Assembly: GCF_041248615.1 (NCBI RefSeq)
Contig: NZ_CP158426.1
DNA: 64,000 nucleotides
Source of the DNA: Escherichia coli
GTDB taxonomy: Bacteria; Pseudomonadota; Gammaproteobacteria; Enterobacterales; Enterobacteriaceae
Strand: one strand, 5' to 3'
The notes beneath the pieces were generated by a model. The model had not been told where the DNA came from and did not search any database. It saw only the letters and a program-made list of their open reading frames with translations. Shown piece after piece: positions 53,602 to 61,985 of this stretch; position 1 is the first letter of the stretch, and each line of letters opens with the position of its first letter. Position numbers and translations under genes: made by a program.

Positions 53602-54502
53602 CCGTTCCTCCGTTGGTTACGCTCCACTGCGTACATGATGCCGCCTGTGTTTTGTTCAGGACCACATCCGCCAGCGGTGAAGCCAGCTCCACACGCTGCA
53701 CTCCCTCAACATGCAGGGCGGCAAAGATGGCGCTACGGCGAATATCCCGACCAAGCCGCGTCTGACTGGCGATGTACTTCTGCAGGCTGGCTTTTGCCGC
53801 TGCCATTACCGGCTCTGCTTCCGGTCCCGGATAGAGAAAAATGGTGGCTTCCACGCGATACGGGATGATTTCTGCGCTGCGAACCGTAAGACGGTCAGCC
53901 ACCGGGCGGACGTTCTCACTGTTCAGAGCTTTTTCCACCACGTCCAGCAGGTCTTTTTCTGCAGTTCCATCGCCTTCGCGGCTAAGGACAGTCAGCACCA
54001 CCTCTGCAGGTGCCGGGCTGGTTGCACTGGCATCCGCCACCCGACCGTCGGCGCTTCGGGCATGAAATTCATAAGCTGCAGTTGGCCCCGCAACTGAAAG
54101 CCCTTCAAAGGCTGCAGGCACACGCAGGCGTAACGCTTCATCGCTTTCCATCACAGCTGCAACGGGCGGCACAGCGTCATTATCAGCAGGCGTCACCGTC
54201 AGGCGTTTTACGTTGTAGTTGGCAGCGAGCTGGTCAAGATCGCTGCCCATCGCGTAAGCCGCCATCACAGCCTGCGCGGCTTCGTTAATGCGCTGGCGCA
54301 GAAGCAACTCACGGTAAGCGTTCTCCTGCAGCAATTTGGTGACGGGTTCAGATTCCAGTTCCAGCGTGCGGATCACTGCTTCCTGCTCATCTTTCGGATG
54401 AAGCGCCACAAATTCGGCCTTGCGTTCGGCAAGCAGCGTCTCAAAGTCCGGCACATCCACAATCTGCGGCGCAGGCAACTGCGAAAGGTCAATCACTGCC
54501 AT
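53594..54502 (-). CDS. Baseplate assembly protein (P2 gpJ-like)
   Basis: ORF 53594-54541; start placed at MAVIDLSQLPAPQIV. Confidence 0.8.
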   Translation of the reverse strand: MAVIDLSQLPAPQIVDVPDFETLLAERKAEFVALHPKDEQEAVIRTLELESEPVTKLLQENAYRELLLRQRINEAAQAVMAAYAMGSDLDQLAANYNVKRLTVTPADNDAVPPVAAVMESDEALRLRVPAAFEGLSVAGPTAAYEFHARSADGRVADASATSPAPAEVVLTVLSREGDGTAEKDLLDVVEKALNSENVRPVADRLTVRSAEIIPYRVEATIFLYPGPEAEPVMAAAKASLQKYIASQTRLGRDIRRSAIFAALHVEGVQRVELASPLADVVLNKTQAASCTQWSVTNGGTDE

Positions 54503-54848
54503 TCTCTGCTCCTGTTGATACGGAAAGGGAAACAGGCACACCGTTATTACGCCGCCCGCTCAGCGCCACCACCATTGAACCGTCAAAATTGCTGTTGATG
54601 GTGATGGAATCCAGCGTCATCCGTGGCTCCCAGCGACTCAGTGCCACATACACAGCCGACATGACCTGCAGGCGTAACGCCGGATTTTGTGGCTGATCTA
54701 TTAAAGCCGACAGCAGGGAACCATATTCCCGGCGGGCAATGCGGCTACCCTGCGGTGTCAGCAGAATGTCCCGCACCGACTGGCGCAGATGGTCAATATC
54801 AGTAATAGCTTTACCGCTGGTATTGTTCATCCCGATATAAAGCGTCAT
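54489..54848 (-). CDS. Baseplate protein (P2 gpW-like)
   Basis: 119-aa ORF between V and J. Confidence 0.8.
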   Translation of the reverse strand: MTLYIGMNNTSGKAITDIDHLRQSVRDILLTPQGSRIARREYGSLLSALIDQPQNPALRLQVMSAVYVALSRWEPRMTLDSITINSNFDGSMVVALSGRRNNGVPVSLSVSTGAENGSD

Positions 54849-55423
54849 ACCGGGCCTCCGGTTGTGTCGCCGCCTTTCAGGACGCCAGTATGCTGATGCG
54901 CATCAACCACGATCCCGTTAGAACTCATTGCACCGCCACCCTGGGTAACGCCACCATTGATCACCACTTCGCTGTTAATACGCGTGCGGTCAGCCTCCAG
55001 CACAAACTCACTGGTTTTCAGGGTGATGTTGTCGGCAGCCTCAATGACCATGGATTTGATGCCCCTGACATACCAGCGCCCGGTGGCGGGTTCGTATTCA
55101 AACCAGCCACCATCAGGATGTTCTGTCACGCAGGCTTCCGCCGACGTTGACGGCGGTGCGAACTGATTCGAATAGATGGCGGGCAACGCAAAGGCGGTTT
55201 CCAGATTGCCACCCAGGCTGAACAGCACAACCTGCTCGCCCACAGACGGTTTCCACCAGGTGCGCGATTTGCCCGCGCGCAGTGTCAGCCAGTTAATCCA
55301 GTTGGTTTCAAGGTCGCCCGTTTTCACCCGGCAAAGCCAGTTCTCCCGGTCCACCTCGGTGACTACACCAGTGCGGATCAGGTTGGTGATAAGGCGCATG
55401 ATTTCAGTCAGTTGTGCATTCAT
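54845..55423 (-). CDS. Baseplate spike protein (P2 gpV-like)
   Basis: ORF 54845-55501; start placed at MNAQLTEIMRLITNLIRTGVV by similarity to recalled P2 V. Confidence 0.8.
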   Translation of the reverse strand: MNAQLTEIMRLITNLIRTGVVTEVDRENWLCRVKTGDLETNWINWLTLRAGKSRTWWKPSVGEQVVLFSLGGNLETAFALPAIYSNQFAPPSTSAEACVTEHPDGGWFEYEPATGRWYVRGIKSMVIEAADNITLKTSEFVLEADRTRINSEVVINGGVTQGGGAMSSNGIVVDAHQHTGVLKGGDTTGGPV

Positions 55424-55471
55424 GAGAGCGATCCTTGCACAACCGGGTAGAGTGATGTAATACAGAGCGTA

Positions 55472-55489
55472 TGTATGGAGAACCACACA
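55472..55489. promoter_or_regulatory. Candidate Ogr-dependent late promoter element (TGT-N12-ACA) upstream of V
   Basis: TGTATGGAGAACCACACAA, ~55 bp upstream of the V start. Confidence 0.5.
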
Positions 55490-55518
55490 AAAGAGAAACA
55501 ATTTCTAAGGTATTTAAG

Positions 55519-56385
55519 ATGACACAAATCGCAATTTATGGATTTAATTTCACTAAAAAAATCACATTTGACGGTGGTGAGTTAACTCCTATTTTCAGTT
55601 CATGGAGTGAGTTAAAAAAAAATGGCTGGGCTAATGATAGGTACATCCTCACTGGTTTTTTCAAACCAAACTCGAATAACTACGCCACTCAACAGCAGCT
55701 TATTTTTGATTTACAAGCAGTTCTTAGTTTTATTGAACAAAAAAATGTAATCATTTCAGGAGAACTTGAAAATGATGAAACCCCTTTCAATTTCAAACCA
55801 TCTCTACCCAAAAAGCTTGACAAAAAAAGAGATAAGGGTGCGGGCATTATCATCATGGAAGATTATTTTGCACCAAACAGCCGAGAAAATTTTATTTGCT
55901 TAGCCATGGAAAAACTAAATAGTAAAGCCATGCTAAAACAAGATGCCTTTAGAACATCATTTTTTAAATCAATGCTAGCTTTCCGCGACTCAATAAATTA
56001 TATCGACGTCAGATATTATTTATTATTCTCGGCACTAGAAGCACTTTGCAGATTTATTAAAAATGACTACTCCCCTGCCAAAACACCACAAATAATCACT
56101 CAGGTTTTAAAAGAATATGGTTTTAATGTCGAAAAAACAGGACATACATTAGCTCAAAGAAACATTATGCATTACTGCAAACTCCGTCACTCGCTGTTCC
56201 ACAATGGTAAATACATTGCCTATCTTGATGAAAAAAACTCAGATGGCAAAATTGAAATTCAAGATTACTCATCAAATTTGAATTTACTGGTGCCACTTGT
56301 ACTAATGAAATTCATAGGATTTGATGACAATTATATAAACTGGGACTCATGGATTGATAGGAATCCATTTATCAGTAAAAAGTAA
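55519..56385 (+). CDS. AT-rich hypothetical cargo protein (~288 aa) between tail genes V and S; function unknown, candidate accessory/defence gene
   Basis: ATG at 55519 (ORF frame opens at 55471); visibly AT-rich and Lys/Asn/Ile/Phe-rich; opposite strand to all flanking late genes; no P2 counterpart at this position; C-terminal R-x4-H motif (RHSLFH). Confidence 0.7.
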   Translation: MTQIAIYGFNFTKKITFDGGELTPIFSSWSELKKNGWANDRYILTGFFKPNSNNYATQQQLIFDLQAVLSFIEQKNVIISGELENDETPFNFKPSLPKKLDKKRDKGAGIIIMEDYFAPNSRENFICLAMEKLNSKAMLKQDAFRTSFFKSMLAFRDSINYIDVRYYLLFSALEALCRFIKNDYSPAKTPQIITQVLKEYGFNVEKTGHTLAQRNIMHYCKLRHSLFHNGKYIAYLDEKNSDGKIEIQDYSSNLNLLVPLVLMKFIGFDDNYINWDSWIDRNPFISKK

Positions 56386-56411
56386 ACTAAATTTTATAAA
56401 TGTGGTTTTAT

Positions 56412-56858
56412 TTATCTCTGTAACCAATTTAGCAAAGCATCCTGAATGACAGTTTCCACATCATCATTTACGCCTAGGAGACGACGCTCTGCGTAACGGA
56501 CCTCCGGTCCTCTTCGACTGATGCGATCACGCAGGCCGTAGTGATGAACGCGGGCAATGCGCTGCACCTGACCTTCAAACTGCACGCTGGCAGAATCGGC
56601 GCTGGCGGCAGTTTTCAGGTATTTTGTGGTGCGCAGCTTTGTAAACATCTGACGTTTGATGCGCCCCTTTTTGCTGCGTGCTGTTACCCGTCGCGGCTCA
56701 TAACTGCTGCCATCTGGATTGCGCTGCATCCTGATGTTCTGCTGCTGTGTCCGGCGCAGTTCCTGCGCCAGCTGGCGCATCATGCGACTTCTCGTGGCTG
56801 GTTCCAGATTCGCCAGCAAGGCACTCAACCAGTCGTCCACCTTCTGCAGTTCAGCCAC
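56412..56858 (-). CDS. Tail completion protein (P2 gpS-like)
   Basis: 148-aa ORF MAELQKVDDWLSALLANLEPATRSRMMRQLAQELRR... Confidence 0.8.
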   Translation of the reverse strand: MAELQKVDDWLSALLANLEPATRSRMMRQLAQELRRTQQQNIRMQRNPDGSSYEPRRVTARSKKGRIKRQMFTKLRTTKYLKTAASADSASVQFEGQVQRIARVHHYGLRDRISRRGPEVRYAERRLLGVNDDVETVIQDALLNWLQR

Positions 56859-57303
56859 GTTTCACCGTCCACATTTCTTCAGGTTCATCGGGTTCTGCTA
56901 CAGCTTCAACGCTCGACACACTGCCGTCAGTGCTGACCAGCACACGCTCCGTCAGTTGCAGGTTCAGGCTGATATCACAGACATCGTTGCGCAGAATATC
57001 CACCTCAAAGGTGAATAGTTTTTCCCGTAACGCCGGGTTATTGATGGCATCGGGCTGGTTATCCCTCAGCCACAGCAAAACCGGGGCCATCAGCAGATTC
57101 TGGTCGCCGCTGAAATCCTCAATCACCGCGTTCAGGGTGTAACGGTACTCCCACGACATGGAGCTGGCCCCCGTAGCAACCAGCGAACCGTTATCCACAA
57201 ACAGATGCAGTTTGTCCGGGTTATTGCGGACATAAGGCACCGCTTTATTGAGGGCGTGGCGCAGGGATTGTGGTTTGTTCACTGTTTCGCTCCTGACACG
57301 CAA
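56851..57303 (-). CDS. Tail completion protein (P2 gpR-like)
   Basis: 150-aa ORF overlapping S by 8 bp. Confidence 0.8.
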   Translation of the reverse strand: MRVRSETVNKPQSLRHALNKAVPYVRNNPDKLHLFVDNGSLVATGASSMSWEYRYTLNAVIEDFSGDQNLLMAPVLLWLRDNQPDAINNPALREKLFTFEVDILRNDVCDISLNLQLTERVLVSTDGSVSSVEAVAEPDEPEEMWTVKRG

Positions 57304-57535
57304 TAATCATGTCCACTTTGTCTGCACAGACCGCCCAGGCGGCCTCCGTTTCATCCAGCAATGCGTTCAGATCACCGTTAGTGCGCGGCGCTGCCTGCTC
57401 CAGCCGACACGGCGTCACTCGCGGACAACCACTGACGGTAAGCTGCACCTCCGGTGAGTGCCGGACGTTCCCGCAGCCGGATAATGTCAGCAGGCAAAGG
57501 AGTATCAGCCCAGCGGCGTAAATCCTCGTTCTCAC
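57245..57535 (-). CDS. Outer-membrane lipoprotein spanin (Rz1/LysC-like), out of frame across the lysB/R junction
   Basis: Lipobox LLTLSGC; Pro-rich mature part; overlaps lysB 3' end and R 5' end. Confidence 0.65.
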   Translation of the reverse strand: MRTRIYAAGLILLCLLTLSGCGNVRHSPEVQLTVSGCPRVTPCRLEQAAPRTNGDLNALLDETEAAWAVCADKVDMIIACQERNSEQTTIPAPRPQ

Positions 57536-57806
57536 GTTTCAGTTCCTCGATCCGGCGTTGTCGTTGTCTCAGCAGTGCGCTGGTCTGTTCTGCTTCGGCG
57601 TAGAGCCGCGCCTGCTCCCGATTATTGGTTTCAGCCAGAATGGACAGACCGATCAGCTGGCTGTTTTTCTTCGTCAGTTCTTGCGCTTTACTTTTCAGCG
57701 CCGTGCGCTGCGTTTCGATGGTGTGGCTGGCGCTGTTAAGCCGCCACGACTGCCAGCCCAGCGTAACGAGTGCCAGCGCCACCACTACTGCCAGCGCACG
57801 CGTCAT
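57378..57806 (-). CDS. Inner-membrane spanin (Rz/LysB-like)
   Basis: 142-aa ORF with N-terminal TM segment and charged coiled-coil region. Confidence 0.7.
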   Translation of the reverse strand: MTRALAVVVALALVTLGWQSWRLNSASHTIETQRTALKSKAQELTKKNSQLIGLSILAETNNREQARLYAEAEQTSALLRQRQRRIEELKRENEDLRRWADTPLPADIIRLRERPALTGGAAYRQWLSASDAVSAGAGSAAH

Positions 57807-58318
57807 AGTCCAGCTCCTTTAAGGCACCAGGCCATCTCCCGCGCACGGCGGTTATCCAGCCCCTGATTAAACACACCTTTTACATACACCCAGCGCGGCA
57901 ACTGTCGGCACGCATCCGCCCAGCGCCGCTGATTGAGCAATTTCACCAGCGTGGAACTGCAGGCATTGCCCGTACCCACGTTGAAGGCAAACGACACCGC
58001 AGCGTCATACACCTTCTGCGGCGGCTGTTGCTTCACACACCTTTCCAGCGCCCGCTCCACACGCAGCACGTTGGAGATCAGCCCTTCTGCTGCCTGTCGC
58101 TCCGTAATGGTTTTGCCGGGAATGACGCCCGACGTATTACCAATGCCGTCAGTCCAGACACCCGCGCTGCACTGATACGGCTGCAGGCGACAGCCTTCGT
58201 AATCGGCAATCAGTTTCAGCCCTTCCACGGAGGTGTGAAGCTGCTGAAAACCCGGCAGCATGGCAGCAATAGCCAGCACGGCCCCGACAAGGCAGCGTTT
58301 AACGATTGATGGATTCAT
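57803..58318 (-). CDS. Phage lysozyme (endolysin) with weakly hydrophobic Gly/Ala-rich N-terminus (possible SAR type)
   Basis: 171-aa ORF; N-terminus RCLVGAVLAIAAMLPGF then VEGLKLIADYEGCRLQPYQCSAGVWTDGIGNT. Confidence 0.8.
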   Translation of the reverse strand: MNPSIVKRCLVGAVLAIAAMLPGFQQLHTSVEGLKLIADYEGCRLQPYQCSAGVWTDGIGNTSGVIPGKTITERQAAEGLISNVLRVERALERCVKQQPPQKVYDAAVSFAFNVGTGNACSSTLVKLLNQRRWADACRQLPRWVYVKGVFNQGLDNRRAREMAWCLKGAGL

Positions 58319-58514
58319 AGTCCTCCCGCGAGATCTGCCCGTCGCGCAGAAGCTGGTAGGCTTTGTGTTTGTAGTACCAGTTGATAGCCAGCATCAGCAC
58401 ACCAATCATCAGGCCGCCCAGCGTTGAGGCATCCTTGATGGACAAATCGCCCAGCCAGGCCAGCACGACGGCGATGCAATACGTGATAAAGGCGCTGATT
58501 CGCTCAAGCGTCAT
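58299..58514 (-). CDS. Holin (two predicted TM segments, 71 aa)
   Basis: Small ORF immediately upstream of the endolysin with hydrophobic stretches ITYCIAVVLAWLG and LGGLMIGVLMLAINWYY. Confidence 0.65.
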   Translation of the reverse strand: MTLERISAFITYCIAVVLAWLGDLSIKDASTLGGLMIGVLMLAINWYYKHKAYQLLRDGQISREDYESINR

Positions 58515-58517
58515 AAT

Positions 58518-58721
58518 TCAGTCCCATAGCTGGACGGTCTGCACGGTGGTGGTAGTCGGAATGTCCGGCAGCTCCACCTGCAGCCCGTGAGGTAAAAAGG
58601 GGCCGTATTCGGCAAGCCCCGGATTTGCCTTCAGTACCTGCTCCGTGACACCCTGCGTGCGCCCGTAATGACGCCAGCAAAGCGCGTCCACCGTGTCATA
58701 CTGATGCGCACGCACTTTCAT
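58518..58721 (-). CDS. P2 gpX-like tail protein
   Basis: 67-aa ORF between L and the holin, in P2 order. Confidence 0.7.
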   Translation of the reverse strand: MKVRAHQYDTVDALCWRHYGRTQGVTEQVLKANPGLAEYGPFLPHGLQVELPDIPTTTTVQTVQLWD

Positions 58722-59185
58722 CAGATAAGCTCCACTGTGCAGTGCGGCGCATCCTGCACCCGGCTGATGGCCCAGCGGGCATCACGCCACAAATCACCGC
58801 TTGCTTCCGCCAGTTCCTCGCCTCGCTTCACACCGGACGCCGTGGCGTCATAGTCCTGATAACGCTCGTTGAGCATGGCGCGTGCCCAGCAGTAAACCGC
58901 GTTGAAATAGTGCTGAATGCGCTCACTTTTGCCGTCCAGCTGTTCTGCCGGAACCTCTGCCAGCGAGGCATAGCCCAGCATCTGCTGGCGTCTGCGAAAC
59001 TCATACAGCTCTGCGTTGACCTCCGAAATTGCCGACAGCGCAACCTGCTTTAGACGCGGCTGCGTCACCGTGCCGTCAGTGCGCATCACACTGCGAAACT
59101 CCGACAGGTCCACATCAGGCCAGAACGGCGTATTTCTGATGATTTCCGCCTGTTCCGGTGCCTGTTCTGGCGCAACAAACTTCAT
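58721..59185 (-). CDS. Head completion protein (P2 gpL-like)
   Basis: ORF 58721-59248; start placed at MKFVAPEQ; C-terminus ELWRDARWAISRVQ resembles recalled P2 L. Confidence 0.75.
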   Translation of the reverse strand: MKFVAPEQAPEQAEIIRNTPFWPDVDLSEFRSVMRTDGTVTQPRLKQVALSAISEVNAELYEFRRRQQMLGYASLAEVPAEQLDGKSERIQHYFNAVYCWARAMLNERYQDYDATASGVKRGEELAEASGDLWRDARWAISRVQDAPHCTVELI

Positions 59186-59280
59186 GCTGCTTTCTCCTGA
59201 AATAAAGGGCGGTGGACGGGGTTTTGATGTGGCAGAGCCTTTCGCCACCCCGTGCCGCCCGTGCGCGGGGGCACGTTCTG

Positions 59281-59931
59281 TCAGCGGCTGTCATTGCGCA
59301 GTCTGCGCTCCAGCTGCTGTTTGTCTTTTTTCACGCCACAGCGGGGATCGAGCTGTAACGCATGGTTGAGATGGTTAAGGGCAGAAGCCGGATTGCTTTC
59401 ACTCAGGACAGCGCCAATCGCTTTATGCAGACGCGCCCGTGACTGGTCCGGCATATCCAGACCGTCTGTCAGCTCCAGCGTCTGCAACAACAGATCGGCA
59501 TCAAAGCCGGTGGCGGCAAGCATTGCGCTCTGCGCCGCGTCTGCCATTTCCTCTGCCAGCACGGTCTGCACATTGCGGTTACCCAGCGGCATCACCCAGC
59601 CATGACGCAGGGCATGACGCCCGATCTCCAGCGCCCCGGCATAATCTCCGGCATCAATGCGCCACAGCATCACGTACATCAGCACGTCATCCTGCTGTGC
59701 GCCTCCGGCAGTCAGGACACCCTCTGCCCAGGCGGCGTACTTCGGCAGCAGCTCCACCTTGATTTCCGCTTTTTTGACCGTGGACTGAACGCCCTTGAGA
59801 CGGCGGCGGTCTTCCGCCAGTTGCAGCAGCATCAGGTCATAGCCCGATGCGTGGCGAACACTGCCGCCCTCGCGGGCGGCCTGTTCAGCCTGAACGCGCA
59901 GGCGATGCTGCCGTGCGGGACTCAGGCTCAT
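59281..59931 (-). CDS. Terminase small (endonuclease) subunit (P2 gpM-like)
   Basis: 216-aa ORF between N and L. Confidence 0.8.
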   Translation of the reverse strand: MSLSPARQHRLRVQAEQAAREGGSVRHASGYDLMLLQLAEDRRRLKGVQSTVKKAEIKVELLPKYAAWAEGVLTAGGAQQDDVLMYVMLWRIDAGDYAGALEIGRHALRHGWVMPLGNRNVQTVLAEEMADAAQSAMLAATGFDADLLLQTLELTDGLDMPDQSRARLHKAIGAVLSESNPASALNHLNHALQLDPRCGVKKDKQQLERRLRNDSR

Positions 59932-59934
59932 GGA

Positions 59935-60993
59935 TTACGCTCCGGTTTCGGCTGCGGCGGCGCTGAAATCACCAATCTGGATGTTTTCCACCAGTGCGGC
60001 GCAGCGGTAGTCCTCAACCACATAGGCTTCGTTAACGGATTCAAAGTTGTCAATCCGGTCACGTTTCGGGTTGTCGATAACTGAACGACGGCGGGTGTCT
60101 TCCTGCCAGTAGATGGACAGGTTATCCAGACGGGTGATCAGCAGCGCATTCGGCGGGAAGAACGGCGCACGCACGGCCTGCAGGCCACCCATGCGTTTCT
60201 GACTGATGATCATATCGGCAGCCAGTTTTTCACTGTTTTCCTGCTCTTTGTTGACCAGCGGGAAATACTTGTCAGACAGCAGTTCACGACCACAAATCAC
60301 CACCAGATCGTCATCGTCCTGGTAGACCACGTCGATAAGCTCATTGACCGCATCCATCACCACAGCGTCCAGGTTGGCATATTCGCCCCCTTTCCCGACT
60401 TTCACCGCACCCGGTGTGGTTTCACCGCCCGTGGTGGTGCTGCCCATGACGTGATCCGGTGCATCCTCACGGATTTTCTGCAGCCAGCCTTTATTCACAT
60501 CCTGCAGTAGCGGGTTTTCGCTACGGTTGGAGGTTTTCGCACGCTTCACGCCGTTAAAACCGATCATGATGCGGTCCAGTGCCTGACGTTTCACGATGGC
60601 ATCACGGATGCGCACCTGGAAATCCTGAAACTTCGCCCACAGGTCCAGCTTCGCGTAGGTCAGTACCGTGTCAAAGTTGGTCTGCTCGCATTTGTATTCC
60701 ACATCGACCATCAGCGTCGGATCGACAGGCTCACGCTCTTTTGCGGTGGTATCAGTGGTTCCGGCAATGGTGCTGCCAACACCCAGCCCCAGCAACTGAC
60801 CAGACTGCTCAGTCACTGGCGTGACGTTAATCAGCGTCAGGAATGCGGCGGATTGCTGGATCTGGTCTTCCAGCGTCTGCTGCACGGACGGCTCCACGGT
60901 GAACTTGCTGGACAGTTCTTCAACTGCCACACCGTTCAGACGCGCCAGCTGCTGCAGGTAAGCGTTAAAAGCAAAGCGGGTATTCTTCTTCAT
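59935..60993 (-). CDS. Major capsid protein (P2 gpN-like)
   Basis: 352-aa ORF MKKNTRFAFNAYLQQLARLNGV... Confidence 0.9.
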   Translation of the reverse strand: MKKNTRFAFNAYLQQLARLNGVAVEELSSKFTVEPSVQQTLEDQIQQSAAFLTLINVTPVTEQSGQLLGLGVGSTIAGTTDTTAKEREPVDPTLMVDVEYKCEQTNFDTVLTYAKLDLWAKFQDFQVRIRDAIVKRQALDRIMIGFNGVKRAKTSNRSENPLLQDVNKGWLQKIREDAPDHVMGSTTTGGETTPGAVKVGKGGEYANLDAVVMDAVNELIDVVYQDDDDLVVICGRELLSDKYFPLVNKEQENSEKLAADMIISQKRMGGLQAVRAPFFPPNALLITRLDNLSIYWQEDTRRRSVIDNPKRDRIDNFESVNEAYVVEDYRCAALVENIQIGDFSAAAAETGA

Positions 60994-61009
60994 CAGGTTT
61001 TGTGCTCCA

Positions 61010-61843
61010 TCAGCAATTGGTCAGAGTGTCAGCGGGGGCGTTACCGCCTGTTGCACGCTGGCGGTAGTCCTGGCGGCTGTCTTCATGGCTCAGCTTGTCC
61101 ACCAGTTCGTTAAAGGCGGTCAGCTGTGCCTGCAGGGCAGTCTCCAGCTCAGACAGGCGTTCTTCCTGCTCAGACAGGGATTTTTCGGTGCGCGCACTCA
61201 GGTTCTGCTGCTCAGTGGCGACCAGTTCCACGGCCTTATGCACATCAGAGAACCGGGCGTCATCGGACTGCTCTTTTTTGGTGAACAGCGCCGTGACACG
61301 GGCAAACAGGGACGGTTTGTCCTCCTGGATTTCTTCCAGTTCGATCACCGTTTCCTCTGCAGCGGTAAAGAGATTGGCAGGATTCTGCTTGCGGTTTGCC
61401 AGCGGGTTATGGGCTGCACTGGCGCTGAATGTCAGCATTTCAGTGCCCAGACTGGCAGGGTCATCAGTGGCAGCCAGGCCGACCAGGTAGGCTTTGCCCG
61501 TATCAGCGAACTTCGGGCTGACTTCCATAGAGGTGAATAATTTCTGGCCTTTTTTCACCAGCTCCACCAAGGACTCCGTTGGCTCAACGTCGGCATACAG
61601 CGCCATCTTGCCTGCCAGCGGACCTTCCGTGATTTCTTCAGCAAACAGCGCCGTCACCTTGCCGTAGCGGTTAAAGGTGCTTTCCGGCAGATAAGACTTG
61701 ATGTGCTCAAGGTTAATCAGCGCGGTGTACACCGCCGGGTTGTAGCTGGCTGCCATCTGTTCCAGCCATTCACGCTGGATTTCGCGTCCGTCGGTGGTGG
61801 CACCTTCCACCCCGATGCGAAAACGCTTTGCTTTCACTGTCAT
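61010..61843 (-). CDS. Capsid scaffolding protein (P2 gpO-like)
   Basis: 277-aa ORF upstream of the capsid gene. Confidence 0.85.
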   Translation of the reverse strand: MTVKAKRFRIGVEGATTDGREIQREWLEQMAASYNPAVYTALINLEHIKSYLPESTFNRYGKVTALFAEEITEGPLAGKMALYADVEPTESLVELVKKGQKLFTSMEVSPKFADTGKAYLVGLAATDDPASLGTEMLTFSASAAHNPLANRKQNPANLFTAAEETVIELEEIQEDKPSLFARVTALFTKKEQSDDARFSDVHKAVELVATEQQNLSARTEKSLSEQEERLSELETALQAQLTAFNELVDKLSHEDSRQDYRQRATGGNAPADTLTNC

Positions 61844-61921
61844 GAGCCGTGCTCCGTTAGAAAAAACTTACTGGAGCCTTATGGTTGCGGTGATGGGGGC
61901 AGTGAAACAATGCACGGTATT

Positions 61922-61939
61922 TGTACCGACAACCACACA
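61922..61939. promoter_or_regulatory. Candidate Ogr-dependent late promoter element (TGT-N12-ACA) in the divergent O/P control region
   Basis: TGTACCGACAACCACACAA in the 142-bp gap between O (-) and P (+). Confidence 0.5.
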
Positions 61940-61985
61940 AACCGCAGGCGGGGAAAGCCTTCATTCAAGGCTGTAGGTTTGTGCC

